From Lama guanicoe (Eukaryota), in NCBI GenBank assembly GCA_013239625.1, contig MU053881.1:7029957-7093956 (forward strand): a stretch of 64,000 bases of DNA, in the 5' to 3' direction. Below the pieces are notes generated by a model. The model ran no database searches. It had not been told where the DNA came from and was given only the letters and a program-made list of their open reading frames with translations. Shown here piece by piece: positions 1 through 12,600 of this stretch (positions within the stretch are counted from its first letter, which is position 1; each line of letters opens with the position of its first letter). Made by a program: the position numbers and the translations under genes.

Positions 1-595
1 CCCAGGGAAGAGCTGCCAGATAAACAGTAAGCCATTAGCTGCATCTTATCCATCTCACTCTCCCACCCCCTTCTCTGGATCTGAAATGCCCTTATGGGAA
101 GGATGCTCATGTTCGTACCATGGAGTCCTATTTAAGGGAAGGAAGTTGGTCACCCCACCAAGATTTCTGGAGCCCCTGCCATGGGCTCACGCTGCGCTCC
201 CCAGCCTGGATCACTGCACATGCCTAGACTTGTTTCCATCCATCTATTCACTCTTCCACCCAACAAGCATTTGCAAGACACTATTTAGGAGGTGGTGCCA
301 ATAGGACTGGATGAGGGATAAGACGGGGGTGGATGGTGAGGCAGAGAGGGTCTAAAGTGATGCCCATCCACGCTTCTGCACTGGGCAACTGGGTGGGTGT
401 TGGGAGGTCTTCCCCGATGATGAAGAAATGCTAAGAGAGAGGGCTGACTCACCAGGTCACCCACAAGTCAGTGCAGCTGGAGTGGTTCTCAGCTTCCCGT
501 TCAGGCACTCCATCAGAAGACGACGGGCTTGGGGTGTTGGTGGGGAGAGGGCTGCTGTTGGCTTAGGAGAGGAGAAAGATGCTGTCCCCTTAGAG

Positions 596-806
596 CAGTG
601 GCTTCAACTGGGGGTTCCCCGCCTGGGGACATTTATCAATGTCAGGAGACAATTTTGGTTGTCACAACTTAAGGGACGGGCTGCTACTGGCATCCAGGGG
701 GCAGAAGAAAGGGTGTGCCAAACGTCCTACGGTGCACAGGACAGCCCCCTACTGAAGACTGATGTGGCCCCCAAATGCCCACAGTGCTGAGGTCCTGAAA
801 CCCCTC
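596..806 (+). mobile_element. MER20 (hAT-Charlie DNA transposon)
   Basis: ggggacattt..ggagacaattttggttgtcacaac..ctactggcatccag..gcacaggacagcccc..ggcccccaaatgcccacagtgctgagg resembles the MER20 consensus. Confidence 0.75.
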
Positions 807-3800
807 ACTAGAGAAGCTGAAGAGCAAAGTTCACTCATGGCGGCTGTGGAGCCAGATGCTCTGGTTCAAATCTCAGCTCTACCACTTAGAGCCTGTCTAG
901 TCACGCGCAAGTCATTGAGCTGCTCTGTGTCTCACGTTCAAGGAGATAATGTCTGTCAAGCACTTTGCATAATGCCTAGTGTCCAGGATATAAGCATTTA
1001 GTAGAAGATGAACAGTCTCTAAGCTTGTTCACCCATCAACTCAGATGGCCGCCCCATGGGAGCGTGAGGGAGCTGAACTTCACCTGTACCTGCTCAGCTC
1101 TGGACTCCAATGTGACACCTTTATGTAAGTTGGTTGATCACAGTTGTCACCATTGAGCTCCTGCAGTCTGCAAGGCACCATGCAAAGTGTCTTACATGCA
1201 TTAACTCATGTCACCCTCCTAAAACCCTGTCAAGGTAGGGATTTTATTCCCATTTTACAAGTGGGAAAACTGAGGCTCAGAGAAGTTGTGTGCTAGGCAC
1301 GGGGACTGCATGGAAGGGTAAGGCTTATCTGTAATCCCTAGGACCTCAGTTCACTTAGGGAGACAGGAAAATAAATCAATGCTATGATGTAACAACAGAA
1401 AGTGTAATTTCCACTCCATGTCATCTGTCATGCATTTGACAATTAATTAATGAGCCTCTACTGTGAGCCAGGCGCTATCTCCGTCACCTGGTTCCTGCCT
1501 TCAAATAGCTCACAGTCTGGTGGGAGAGACAGATCACAGAGTAACACAAGCTCTGTACAGCCGCCAGCATCCCCCTTACGTGGCGTTTCCCCAGTGCCAG
1601 GTACTAACATGCTTTGGCTCATTTAACCTTAAAATTTGTCATGACAAGGTAGTGTTGCATTTTACTGTCTGGGGGTGAGCTTTTGAAAGATTGATTAAGG
1701 AACTTGACCAAAGTGTTGCAGTTGGTTTGTGGTGGAGCCAAGTAGGGGAGCCCTGGTCTTTCTGATCCCAGAATTCAAGGTCTTAACCACTTGGAGGGAA
1801 TTCCCTTTTCCACAGGGACCACCTGCTCACACAGCTGGCACCCAGTTCCTACCGCCTTCTGTCTGTTTCCCCTAGACAGCCCTTTGAACTTCACCCTCCT
1901 GGAAGTGATCAGTAATCAGCCCTGGGCTCCATCAACACTGGGGAGGGGAGCCCATTCATAGTTTCAAGATGTTGGGAACCTGAGAGGTGGCAGCTTGAAT
2001 TTGTTCCCGTGGAGCCCAGAGAGCAACAGGCAAAGCAAAGCAGTCCGAGAGCAGCACCTGGACCTCAGACAGCCTCCTGGGGGCACCTCTTACTCATCAC
2101 TAGCACTAATGTGACCTGAGAGAGGCTGTGGGCATGTGCGTATTAAAGGAAGAGGAAGAGGGAAGCTGAAGGGACATCGTGTAAAAGGGGTTCCCTGCAG
2201 GGACCCAGGGAGGGTCATTTGTCCTCCTTACTTTCCTTTCCAAGTTCCTTTCAATGGAACCCAGTCAAATGGCTCCAGCGAACTCGCATCCTGACAAAAA
2301 GCAGGCGAGTGGCTTCCCCTCTTCCAGGCACAGACCCTGGGGGTACCTGCCAGTTACTATCAGGTGCCAGCGTACTGGAGCCCTGTCATTACCTGCACAC
2401 CGAACAACCAGTACGTTTATGGCCAATTCTTTTTTTGATTCCATTTATTCCAAAATATCACTGAGAATCTGTAAGATGCCAGACACGAGTGTCTGAAAGT
2501 CATAATGCAAACAGAAGTCCCAAATGCTGAGCCAAAGCAGGTATGGCCTGACCTCAAGGGCGCGCAGGATGGAAGCTGTTTTCAGGGCTACTGTTACGGC
2601 GGGGGTGTGGTCTCCTGCCTCCAGCAACAGGCAGTCTTTCTAGAGGAGCCAAAGAGCAGGCACATCTAACTAGAATGTGCGATGCTCGGACATGAGAGTG
2701 TCAGGCAGCCTCCACCTCCAGCTGGGGGACCCCAGAGGCCGCTCAGAGGTGGTGGCCACTGGCCAGACAGGACTTCCACTAGTGGTGCTGAAGAAATCCT
2801 TTAGGTGGAGGAAAAAAACTCTCAGAAAAGCATTTCCAACTAATCAGTTGGAAAACCTACCATATTTCCAGACTCAGTATAAGCTTCACAAATCACTGAT
2901 GAACAATAGGGATTTCAGTAGGTCTGGAGCTGGGTTGCCCCCACTCATTGACTCTTTTACTCATCTATTCTTTCAAGAGATATTTATCACATGCCTAGCA
3001 CTGTGCCGCTGGCTCTTCAGGGTTATCTCAATTAAGCTTCATAGCACCTGGTACCCGAGATAGGTACTATTAGCACCACATTGTACAGGTACAGACTCTG
3101 AAGCCCAGAGAGGGCAAGGTCATTGCTCAAGGTTGCACAGCCAGTAAGTAGTACTGAGCCGGCTTAGGTGGAATCCTGGTTCTGCCACCTTCAACTGTGT
3201 GACTGCCCAGTGATAACATCACAAACCTTGGTTTTCTCACGTGCAAAAAGGCTGTGATGATCCCTAACCCACACCTGTATTGGGGCTTAAATATTCCCAA
3301 AGGTTCTGGTCTGTAGATGTCTTTAGCACACCTCAATTCTCCTGCCCTGTCTTGGCTCCCAGGGTCCTGGGCTATGACTCCTAGAACTAGGCAGGGCTTG
3401 CTCTGTGCCTGAGGATTAGCCCCCCTCAGCCCTCAGACCACCCATTCCTGACCTCCTGGGGACACCTCTGACGGCTGAGTGGAGGTCCAGGGTCAGATCC
3501 CTGGCGCGTGTGCCCTGGGGGTGTGGGGAGGGCGGAAGTTTCCCTCAGCCAAGAATGTAAGGTTTCAGTAGCCTTATTTCTCAAATCTCTGTCTGGGCAC
3601 TGCTGCCGGAAACTAGCAAGGCAATAAATGCTTTAAATGTAAGGTAATAAAAATTTGGAAAAATAAAATTGAAATCCAGCCCAAGTGCTAGCTCCTGAAA
3701 GGGCCTATTTGTCTTATTGGGAGCCAGGTGAACCGGTTTTAATGGAAACGCTGGTGGCAGTCAGATTTGGCTCAGCCAGGGAGGGGTCCCCACGGGCCCC

Positions 3801-6800
3801 AACTCCTGGGGCCTCAGAGTCCTAAGGTCGGTCTAGGGGGGGGACTCCTTGTAAAACTTCTCTGGGTGCCACTGGAAGACTCAGAAACCCAGTTTGCAAA
3901 ACAGGAGTCAGATGAGGTGGGGAGAGAAGGAGATGGAAGGTGAAACTGGGATTTTTCACCCTAGTTCAGCTCCACACTACCTGGCACTGTCTGTTGCCAG
4001 GTTTTGTGCCGGATGCTTTAATCAATGCAGCATTTCCACAGCATACAGCAGCCCAGTGAGGGGAGCACATGCATTGTGGTAGCAGATACACCTGACTGTA
4101 TCCGCTGTGCGATGGGCTGGCTCTAGGGCGAGGCGAGGTAGGTACTTGGGGCGCCCCATTTAAGGAGGCTCCCACTCTCACGGTCATGAAGGTGCAGGGT
4201 TGGCATCTGAGAGTGAGGGCCTCCTTAAATGGTGCGGGGGGGATGAAGGGAGGTGGGGGGTCTTGCTTCACCCTTGTCCCCATCCTGGTCTGTGACCTCA
4301 GGACAACTACTTTTCCAGGTCTGAATTTCCTCAGCTGGGAACCTGGGTCTAACAGCACCCTCTGTTAGATGGGTTCACCCATTGTGAGGATGACATGAGA
4401 TGTGCTGGGTGAAGGTGCTTAGATGACCATCAGCACTTCATAAATGTTTACTGATATTATTACCAGGCCATTTTACAGATGAGGAAACTGAGGCTTCCAA
4501 AGATCACACAGCTAGAGGGCAGATTTGGGGTTGAACCTAGGCTAGGGTGGGGAGTTTAGAGTGAGGAGAGGGTTGAGATATTTGGATTTGAGACCTGGAA
4601 ATAAAGTGAAGAGGTAGGACTGTCACCAATGACTTGACCTTGAACTTGGGTGGCAGCAGTATCGCTCCACATTTCTGTCAGATTCTGGATCTATCAGGAA
4701 GCTATAGACAATTTCTTGGCGAATCTGATGGAAGCTGGCAACCCTCTCCCCCAAAACTGCACCCATCCCACCTCATACAACCTGTTACACACAACTTCAG
4801 GAGGTCTGGACCTCTTTGAAGCCATTCGCGGTCTGCACAGGAAGGAGGCCCTTGGTTTTTGGATATTGCATATGTGCAGCACAGTGGGAACCCTGCCCAT
4901 CCCTTTTGATGGCCAGCTTTATTTGGAGTTGTGCCTATTGCCTCTCCTTCCCCTTTTTGCCCTCACACGGTCTCTTCTCTCTCTTGCTATGACCTGCTTG
5001 GATGGCAAGGCTGAGCCATTAGAGTCCCCAAGGGTTTCCCAGTTCTCTGTGTCCCCTGCTTGGGACGCTGCTTGGGTGGACCTGAGTGGCCCAGGCTGAA
5101 TTCCCGTGTCATGAGCTGTATCCTGGCAGCAATTCCTGCTGTGGGCACTGCACACGGTCTCGGGCCAGCTCAGGTTACAGGTACGGAAGAGGGAATCCAG
5201 AACTGGCATCTACCAGGCTCCCAGTAAAAGTAGGCAGAATCTGTACACACTTTGGCCATGGTCCTAACAATAAAATGTCATTGTTATTGGCATTTGGCCA
5301 GTTTCTCCCCCACTGGATTGTAAGATCTTTGAGGACAGAGGATAGCAACCCTGCTTTATTCATCTCTGGATAAGAGATGGGGAGAGGGGTGGAAGGGAGG
5401 AGAGAAAAGGGAAGAGATGTGGACATTGTAGTTTCTGCTGGCCGAGTAGAACCTCTTTTCCTACAGGCTAACTAGGCTGAGAGGATTTTAAGCTGGAGCT
5501 GCAGATTGCTAGACGCAATCTGGTGGGAGAGAACGGCTGTGACACAGGGGGACGAAGAAAGCAAGGCTTGACAGTATCATTTGAGCTCCTGAGTCCAGCC
5601 AGACCCGAAGGCACTTCCTGGTTGTACGAACCAATGGGTTTTCTGTTTTGTTCTTTTGGTTACTTTTTATCCCCCAAGCTAGTGTGCTTGGCATATCCAT
5701 CCCTTGTAACTGAGGATCCTGACCAACACAGAAGGCAGGAAGAAGTCAAAGGAGCCCGAGGGAGGGAGGGATGTCTGCCATGTGCCGGGAGCATTCGGGC
5801 TTGTGCCACTTCCAATACAACAGACCTTTTTTGGGCTTCTCTTGCTGTGGATGGAGGGCTAGAATGCAGCCTCCAAGGTCTGCCAGAGAAGAGGGATTTA
5901 GGGCAAGAGAGAAGTTGCAGGTGGGGGTTGGGGCGGGGGCAGAAGGCCTGGGAGGCGAGGAGACAGGATTAGTGGAAGACTGAGCAGCAGCCCCTGGTGT
6001 TTACAGCAAACAGAAGGTGGGTGGCCCAGTGCCCCCTGGACCTCAGAGGGGAGGGAACGGTTATAAACTGGGGGGCAGGTGTGGGAGTGATGAGTAGGGA
6101 GTGAGGAGGAGGCGTGTAGACGGGGGGTGGGGGTAATAATCTCCAGGGTTTTACCCCCGCTCCCCATAACCTTGGCTTCTTTCAGCACTTGGATTCCCCC
6201 CTTGCCCCTGACATCCCAGCAGACCCTGTTCTGAGCACTCCCTACACACCTTCCCACCAATATTCGAAGCTGTAGATCCAGGTTGGGGCTGGAGGGGGTC
6301 AGAATTTTATCAAACTTCCCAGCTGATTCTCATGACCCTCCAGGTTTGGAAACCATTCATCTAATTCAAAACTCTGTATTGTATGGATAGGGGACCAGGG
6401 ACCAAGAAGGAAAGGCGCTCTCTTGTTATTACACACCGAGTTAGTGGCTGAGACTAGGACCCAGGTTCCCTGAGCAGAGTAAATAATGCTCGGTTTATGT
6501 CTCAGGGCATATGGGCTGTTTAATTTCAGCAGGGCTTAAAGTGTGGCTGGAAGTGAAGAATATCATAGGTCTTCTTGTGCCTTTTTAAATTTGCAGACTT
6601 TAGAAGCAGGGTGAAGGTCCAGAGCCCAGCCCTCTGCGCTGTGAGATGGTACCAGTTGTGTGCTAAGTAAGAGTCACCTGGCTCCGAGTGAGGGCTAAAA
6701 GTACCCACCTACTGGTGAGGGACTGATGGCAGACTTAGAAAAACTTGTCAATACCTTTCCCTCCTCCTCTGGTCTTTTCATGTTCCAGGGAATCCTGATC

Positions 6801-6849
6801 TCCAAATAAGAAAAGTTACCAAGTTTTAATTTCTTGCTGCTCAGAGGAT

Positions 6850-6980
6850 GAGCCCTGGACCAGTGGCATCAACCGGAAGCTTGCAAAAGTGCAGAATCTC
6901 CACGCCACATCCACTGAATCCGATCTGTATTTTAACCCCGGGGGTGATTCCTATATGCATGGAAGTTTGAGGCGCACTGT
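6850..6980. mobile_element. MER5A-like hAT element
   Basis: ccctggaccagtggcatc..gcagaatctc..ctgaatccgatctgtattttaac..ggtgattc..gtttgaggcgcactg. Similar copies at about 45500-45655 and 59710-59890. Confidence 0.65.
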
Positions 6981-7599
6981 TACACGCCACCGTGGGGCCT
7001 GAAATAAGCAAAAGTGCTAACACAGCAACGCGAATCGGCCTTGTTTATGTATTAGGATGGACTGTGAAATATTTGGTATCAATTTTTTTTTTTTTTTTGC
7101 AAATCAGGTCTTGTTGGAAACCCACCAAAGGAATCAGCAAGTTAAAACAAAATAGCTTTACCAGCAGCAACGAGCCTGGAAGCCATGCTTTATAATGTGA
7201 AGCATCGCAACTTCCCATAGGAAGTTTGCATTTTTCTTATTGAATTAAATTATTAATAAACTGAAGCGTGACTGTCCATACTGCGTGCTCACGCCTGTTA
7301 GAGAATTTGCATTTGGTGAGCTGTTGGTTGCACAAAGAGTTGTGCCAAGCATTTAACGGTCTTGACCTTAATGGAATCCTCGCCACGACCTTTGAGGGAG
7401 GTGTTACTTCAATTCCTGTTCAGCAAATGAGCAAATGTACAGTGGGATGTGCAGGGGAAGTCTCTCTGATTTTCGCACTTTATCTTGTCTCTTATTTTTG
7501 TTTTATATTCCTTCATCCCATCTCCCCACCTCACCACTGTTCTGTGTTTTCTTACACTCCAAATGTCTACTTGGCACCCATTCATCACAGGGCCGTATT

Positions 7600-8040
7600 A
7601 TCGGGTGGAACTGGCCTTCCGTACAGGCTGGCTGATCCAAGACTGAGTCCCCATCCATCATCTTTTCTCACACATCCCAGGCTGAAATTTCCCCTGCCCC
7701 AGGCCGACATTTCCCCTGCCCCAGGCCAGGTATCACAGATAGAACCACCCCTATAGCTCAAAGGCCACCAGAATTATTTCAACTGGCCAACCCTAAACTG
7801 TTTATCCAGGCCTCCCTTGCCTTTCTCGTGGAAACCCCAGTAAAGGCTGTGGTCCAGGCCTTCCCTTTACTTCTGTTTACCTCCTGACCCAAACCTGATA
7901 CTTCCCATGTGGTGACATGGTGTGGCCCCTCCTTTCAGGAAATGTAACTAACAAAAAAATCTTCTTTCAATGGCATTGACCTCTCTGGACTGCCACTCAG
8001 TCACTTTCATAAATTTAAAACCCCTTGAGTAATACCAATA
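7600..8040. mobile_element. Probable degenerate ERV LTR (family uncertain)
   Basis: LTR-like composition (gccaaccctaaactg..ccttgcctttc..gaaaccccagtaaaggct..cttccc). Confidence 0.4.
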
Positions 8041-8171
8041 AAATGCCACCCCATCACTGCCAAGTCCTGACACTTAAGACTTTGGGCCTTCTGGCCTCTG
8101 GCTCCTGGCAGTTAACAAAAGCTCATTGTGCAGTGCCTACCACATGTGTCCTGGGATAGGTGTCAAGACAA

Positions 8172-8553
8172 TTATGGTGGGGCAGAGAGATTGGGCTCCT
8201 CTCTGAATACAGTGACGACAGATGGAGATTTAGAGCCAACAGAGTAGGGGGTCAATGGATGGAAAATTGCTAAGAGCAGGGTCGGAGAGGGTAGAAGAAT
8301 TCTTGCTAAAATGACGTAACAGGATTCATGCTGAAGGCAGGCCAAAGACTTAGACACCGAAGGTGGGGGGGGGGTCCAAGAATTTGATCAGAGGTCAGAG
8401 GTGATCAGGTATCAAGGGTGGGGGGATTCTTGCTAAACTGACTTGGTAGAAATTTTAGTCCAACCAAAGACAAGGCCCAAGAATGAGGTCTCAGCAAAAG
8501 AGAAGGCTCGGAGGAGTCCATCTGAAACCTGGCCAAAGAGAGAATCGTTATCA
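8172..8553 (-). mobile_element. MER31-like ERV1 solo LTR
   Basis: Minus strand begins tgataacgattctctctttggcc..ctcctccgagccttctc, with repeated tcttgctaaa(c/a)tgac motifs typical of MER31. Confidence 0.6.
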
Positions 8554-8649
8554 GTTTTATGTGTCATTTTCTCCTCACATCCTATCCATGTCCACCACAT
8601 CAACTCTGCATTTGTTTTAATTTAGATTCTGATTCTTTAGGATTAAAAA

Positions 8650-9360
8650 AAAATGAGTAAACAGAGAGAGAGTCCATGATCACAGATAAGACTCAATATT
8701 GTCGATGTCAATTACTTCCAATTTGACCTATAGATTCAGTGTCATCCCAGTTGAAATCCCAGCAAGTTATTTTGTATGTATCAGCAAACTGCTTCTAAAG
8801 TTTATATGGCTGTGTGTAACTGAATTAGTCTGCTGTACACCAGAAATGAACACGACATTGTAAATCAAATACACTTCAATCAAAACAAAAAAAGTTTACA
8901 TGGAGACGCAAAAGACCCAGAATAGCCAACACAGTATTGGAGAAGAACAGAGTCAGAGGCTGATACCAGTCTTCAAGACTCATTATAAGGCTGCACTAAT
9001 CAAGATGGTGCGGTATTAATGAAAGAATGGACAAATAGAGCCACAGAACCGAACCGAGAGCCCAGAAATAGGCCCATGTGAATACAGTCCACTGATCTTT
9101 GACAAAGGACCGCAAATGGGAAAAACAGGTAGTCTTTTCAACAAACAGTTCCAGAGAAACTGAATAACCACGTGGAAAAAATCAGTCTAGATACAGGCCT
9201 TGACGTCTTTCACAAGAATTAACTCAAAATGTATTACAGTACTAAATATAAAATGCAGAACTATAATCTTTTTAGAAGACAACATAGGAGAACATTTAGA
9301 TGACCTTGGGTTTGGTGATGACTTTTCAGATGGAACACCAAAGGCACAACCCATTGAACA
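8650..9360 (+). mobile_element. Old L1 (L1M) ORF2 3' fragment
   Basis: agactcaatattgtc..tatagattcagtg..atccca..aacagagtcagaggctgatacc..cttcaagact..ctgatctttgacaaagga..gaattaactcaaaatg are L1 ORF2 hallmarks. No intact ORF. Confidence 0.8.
8810..8890 (+). mobile_element. Severely 5'-truncated younger L1 3' end nested in the older L1
   Basis: tgctgtacaccagaaatgaacacgacattgtaaatcaaatacacttcaat plus A-tail, the terminal motif of laurasiatherian L1. Flanked by a 13-bp TSD aaagttta(t/c)atgg at 8797-8809 and 8891-8903. Confidence 0.75.
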
Positions 9361-9560
9361 GACCTTCAGCAAATGTTAACTATTTTTACTGTGAAATTGT
9401 TATGTGTATATGGACAAAGGTTAAAGAGATTTATTTGCTGTCGTGATGGAATTGCAGGTAAACCTTTTTGTGGTTAAGATTCAAATTATGTTGATGTTGC
9501 AAAAAATGTCATATTTTTAATCAAAACAGTCCCTTTCTTCCTCCCTCCCCCTCCTCTACC

Positions 9561-9604
<44 letters not shown>

Positions 9605-9657
9605 TCCTTCCTTCCTTCCTTCCTTCCTTCCTTCCTTCCTTCCTTCCTTCCTTCCTT
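9561..9657. repeat. Compound (TTTC)n(CTTC)n microsatellite
   Basis: Directly visible, within a ~150 bp polypyrimidine tract. Confidence 0.95.
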
Positions 9658-12600
9658 CCCCCTTTCCTTTTTTCTTTTTTATAGGAGTGAAGCTAACAGT
9701 CTGCTCTAGAAGAGTGCTGATGGCCCACCTGGAGGCAAAGGAGAACCAAATAACCCTTCCGAGCCTGGGGCTATGTCTGGAAAAGCTTGGCTCTGGTGGC
9801 TTTTCAACTAAGAAATCAAGGGCTCTCATTCAGAAGGAAGAAATAAGCGTGAAAATATGCAACACAGAGGTCACAAGTGACATTCCCCTTCCCATCTCAG
9901 GAGACTCAGTGTCAACAGGGGACATTTCTGCTCTCAAGGCACTGTATTCTAGCAAAGGGAGAGCTACATGAGTTGTTCATTTTAGAAGTTCCAGGCTGGT
10001 AAGCAGAAGATGACTCAGGGGTCTGTGAGCCCTCACATGAGGAGTGCAAGGCATCACACGAGGAGTGTGGGTGTGTCCTGAGTCACATGGTGACGTAGGT
10101 GGCAGAGCCGGACCTGGCGCTGTAGCAGAGCCTGGCAGGTAACATGCATGACATAAGCAGACCTGGTGGGAGCACATGTCTGTCTACAGGGGGCAGCTGT
10201 TATTCAGAGGCTCAAAATGCTGGCCTAGTGTGTCTAGATCTTCCAGAGCTTTCCAGATCTTCTTTAAATGGAAGCAGGAAACTCATGTTGTCATGTGAAA
10301 TTTCTCAGTGTTTGACTGATGGTGATTCGTTGACTATATTTAAAGGACCACATGGGTCAAATGCAGTCAGGGGTCTCCCATCATATCTTAGTGTCCATTC
10401 TTCTGAAAATTAGGAAAAACTTTTGAATTATATTGGAGAGTTAAAAGATGACAATCTCAATGATTGAAGTGCCTTCAGACGAGGATAAACATTCGGCTTC
10501 TCCTCTCAAACTAATACTCAAAGTCTTCAGTTGAAAGAAATTGAGCAACACTGGATACATCCAAGTGACATCTTTCAATATTTAGGCTACAAACTTAAAT
10601 ACAAATATTCAGGCTACAATATTTAGGCTTTGATCTAGACAGGAACAGGGAGAACTGGGGGGGAAAAAAATCACGGGAAGGTCAGCAGGCCTGACCGTGT
10701 TTAGGGTTGGACTGAAGCTAGATAGGATAGGATCACAATCTGAGGCTTTTTCTCCCCAATCAAAGCAAAGGGGAAATCAGAAAGAAGAAAGAGCGATCAG
10801 AGGTGAGACAGTTTCTGGAAACTGCTGAGTAACGGGTCTGTAGAACAAAACCTATCAACACAATTTGGAAATTAAGGGGAGAAGCTGAGCTGATGTCCCC
10901 ATTTCCATAATTTAGCCAAGAAACTCTGGCAAAGCTGTAACACCAACTCATCTTGGTTCTTACGGGACCTGGATTCAAATCTCAGCTCCCTGACTTGCTA
11001 GCTGCTGTGGCCTGTGGCAGGATGGGAACCTCACTGAGCTCGGGGTTCTCGTAGATAAAATGGGAAATACACTACCTAGTGTAACAAGGAAGAAGGGAGA
11101 TAAATGTAACAGCTCCCAATTGCCGAACACTTGCTGGTGTCAGGCACCGCTCCTATCACTCAACCTCATTACTTCAGCATCCTTGCCATCATCATTGTGT
11201 CAGGATGTGTCTAAGCCCCTGGTAAGTCTAATAGTGCTGTTTATATTATTGTCATCATTTTTTATTACAGGAGATGTGCAACCTCCTAGTCCAGGGTGGG
11301 AAGTAGCTTCTCTGAATCATATTATTGACGCCCCAGGAAACCTTCCCTAAGTCATCCTGCCCCATAAGAATCATCCTTTAAAACATACCCAGGCTTCCGT
11401 GTCCTTCTGCTCGAAACCTTGAATGTATTACGCAGCTTGAAATGAAAATAGATGGTCTTTTTCGGTAAGGAGATGTGAAGCTGGTTCTCTTACATCTAGT
11501 TCCACTCACATAATGCTTGCCCGCATCCTGGGCACGTAATACCTGCTAAATAAATTCTGTGGACGATCAGCTCATTGTGTTTCCCCATTACAGAAGCAGC
11601 TTCAGCTTGTGATCATAAACTTGGGAACTGCAGGTGGGCAAAAAGAAGCAGTCATCTCTGAAGGACAGTGGGGGTCACGCTGAGTGACAGAAGGGTCTTT
11701 AGAAAGGAGAATGTAAATAAATCCCAGTCTGGAAGCTGGAGATGGGAGTTGGCGGCTTTTCTTTGCCCCACCGCAGCAAGCTGTGACACAGGGCTCGTTG
11801 GCTTTTAGCCCAGCTAGCCCCGGGCCTAGCACGGTGCCTGGCAAGGGGGAGACGCTTGGTAAAAAATTTTGAGCTTGGTCCTGCCAGCTCCCCTGCCTAA
11901 GTTATGTGCAGAAATGGTGGGGATGAGGCACTTTGGGCTGTCATAGCAACCTGAGTGGGACACTGGTCATTGGTGGGCAAGAGCTAGGGCTGTGAGGGGC
12001 GGGTCCTGCACACTCAAGTGCCAGGAACACAGAACTCTGTGTGCAGGAGGGCACGGAGTGCATGGGAGAGCATACAACCCCAGAAGCCAGTGGGGAAATG
12101 ATGGGAGCTTTCGGGTCCTGTATTGCTTTTTTCATGGTGTACTATCTGTATTTTAATTTTTTTCTGCAAAGAACGTATGTGATATATGTGATGTGATCAG
12201 TAAGAAAATGAATGTATTTTCTTTCAGATTTTCCCCCTGAAGATAGGTATTAATTGTGAACACAACTGAAAGGTTCACATGGTGAAGGATGAAATGAATG
12301 AAGTACTTCACGATCAATGGAGTAATAGATCAACAGGGGGAAGCCCTCTTTAGGGGCAGCTGTGCCCTCACCCTGTTCCTCACACCTGAACTCAATGGAA
12401 CTGGAAGGGACATAAAGGATCTTTTATCTTCTCCCAGGTCCCACAGCAAGCAGGTGGCTTGTTAGTCACGGAGGGGCCGGTGAAACAGAGAAGGCGGCTT
12501 ATCATAAACCTGGGCCCGGGGGTGGGGTTGGGGGAGGCAGATACTATCACTGAGGCCCTGACCCACACAAGGGCCTCAGCCCCGACTGACTCGTGTTCCC

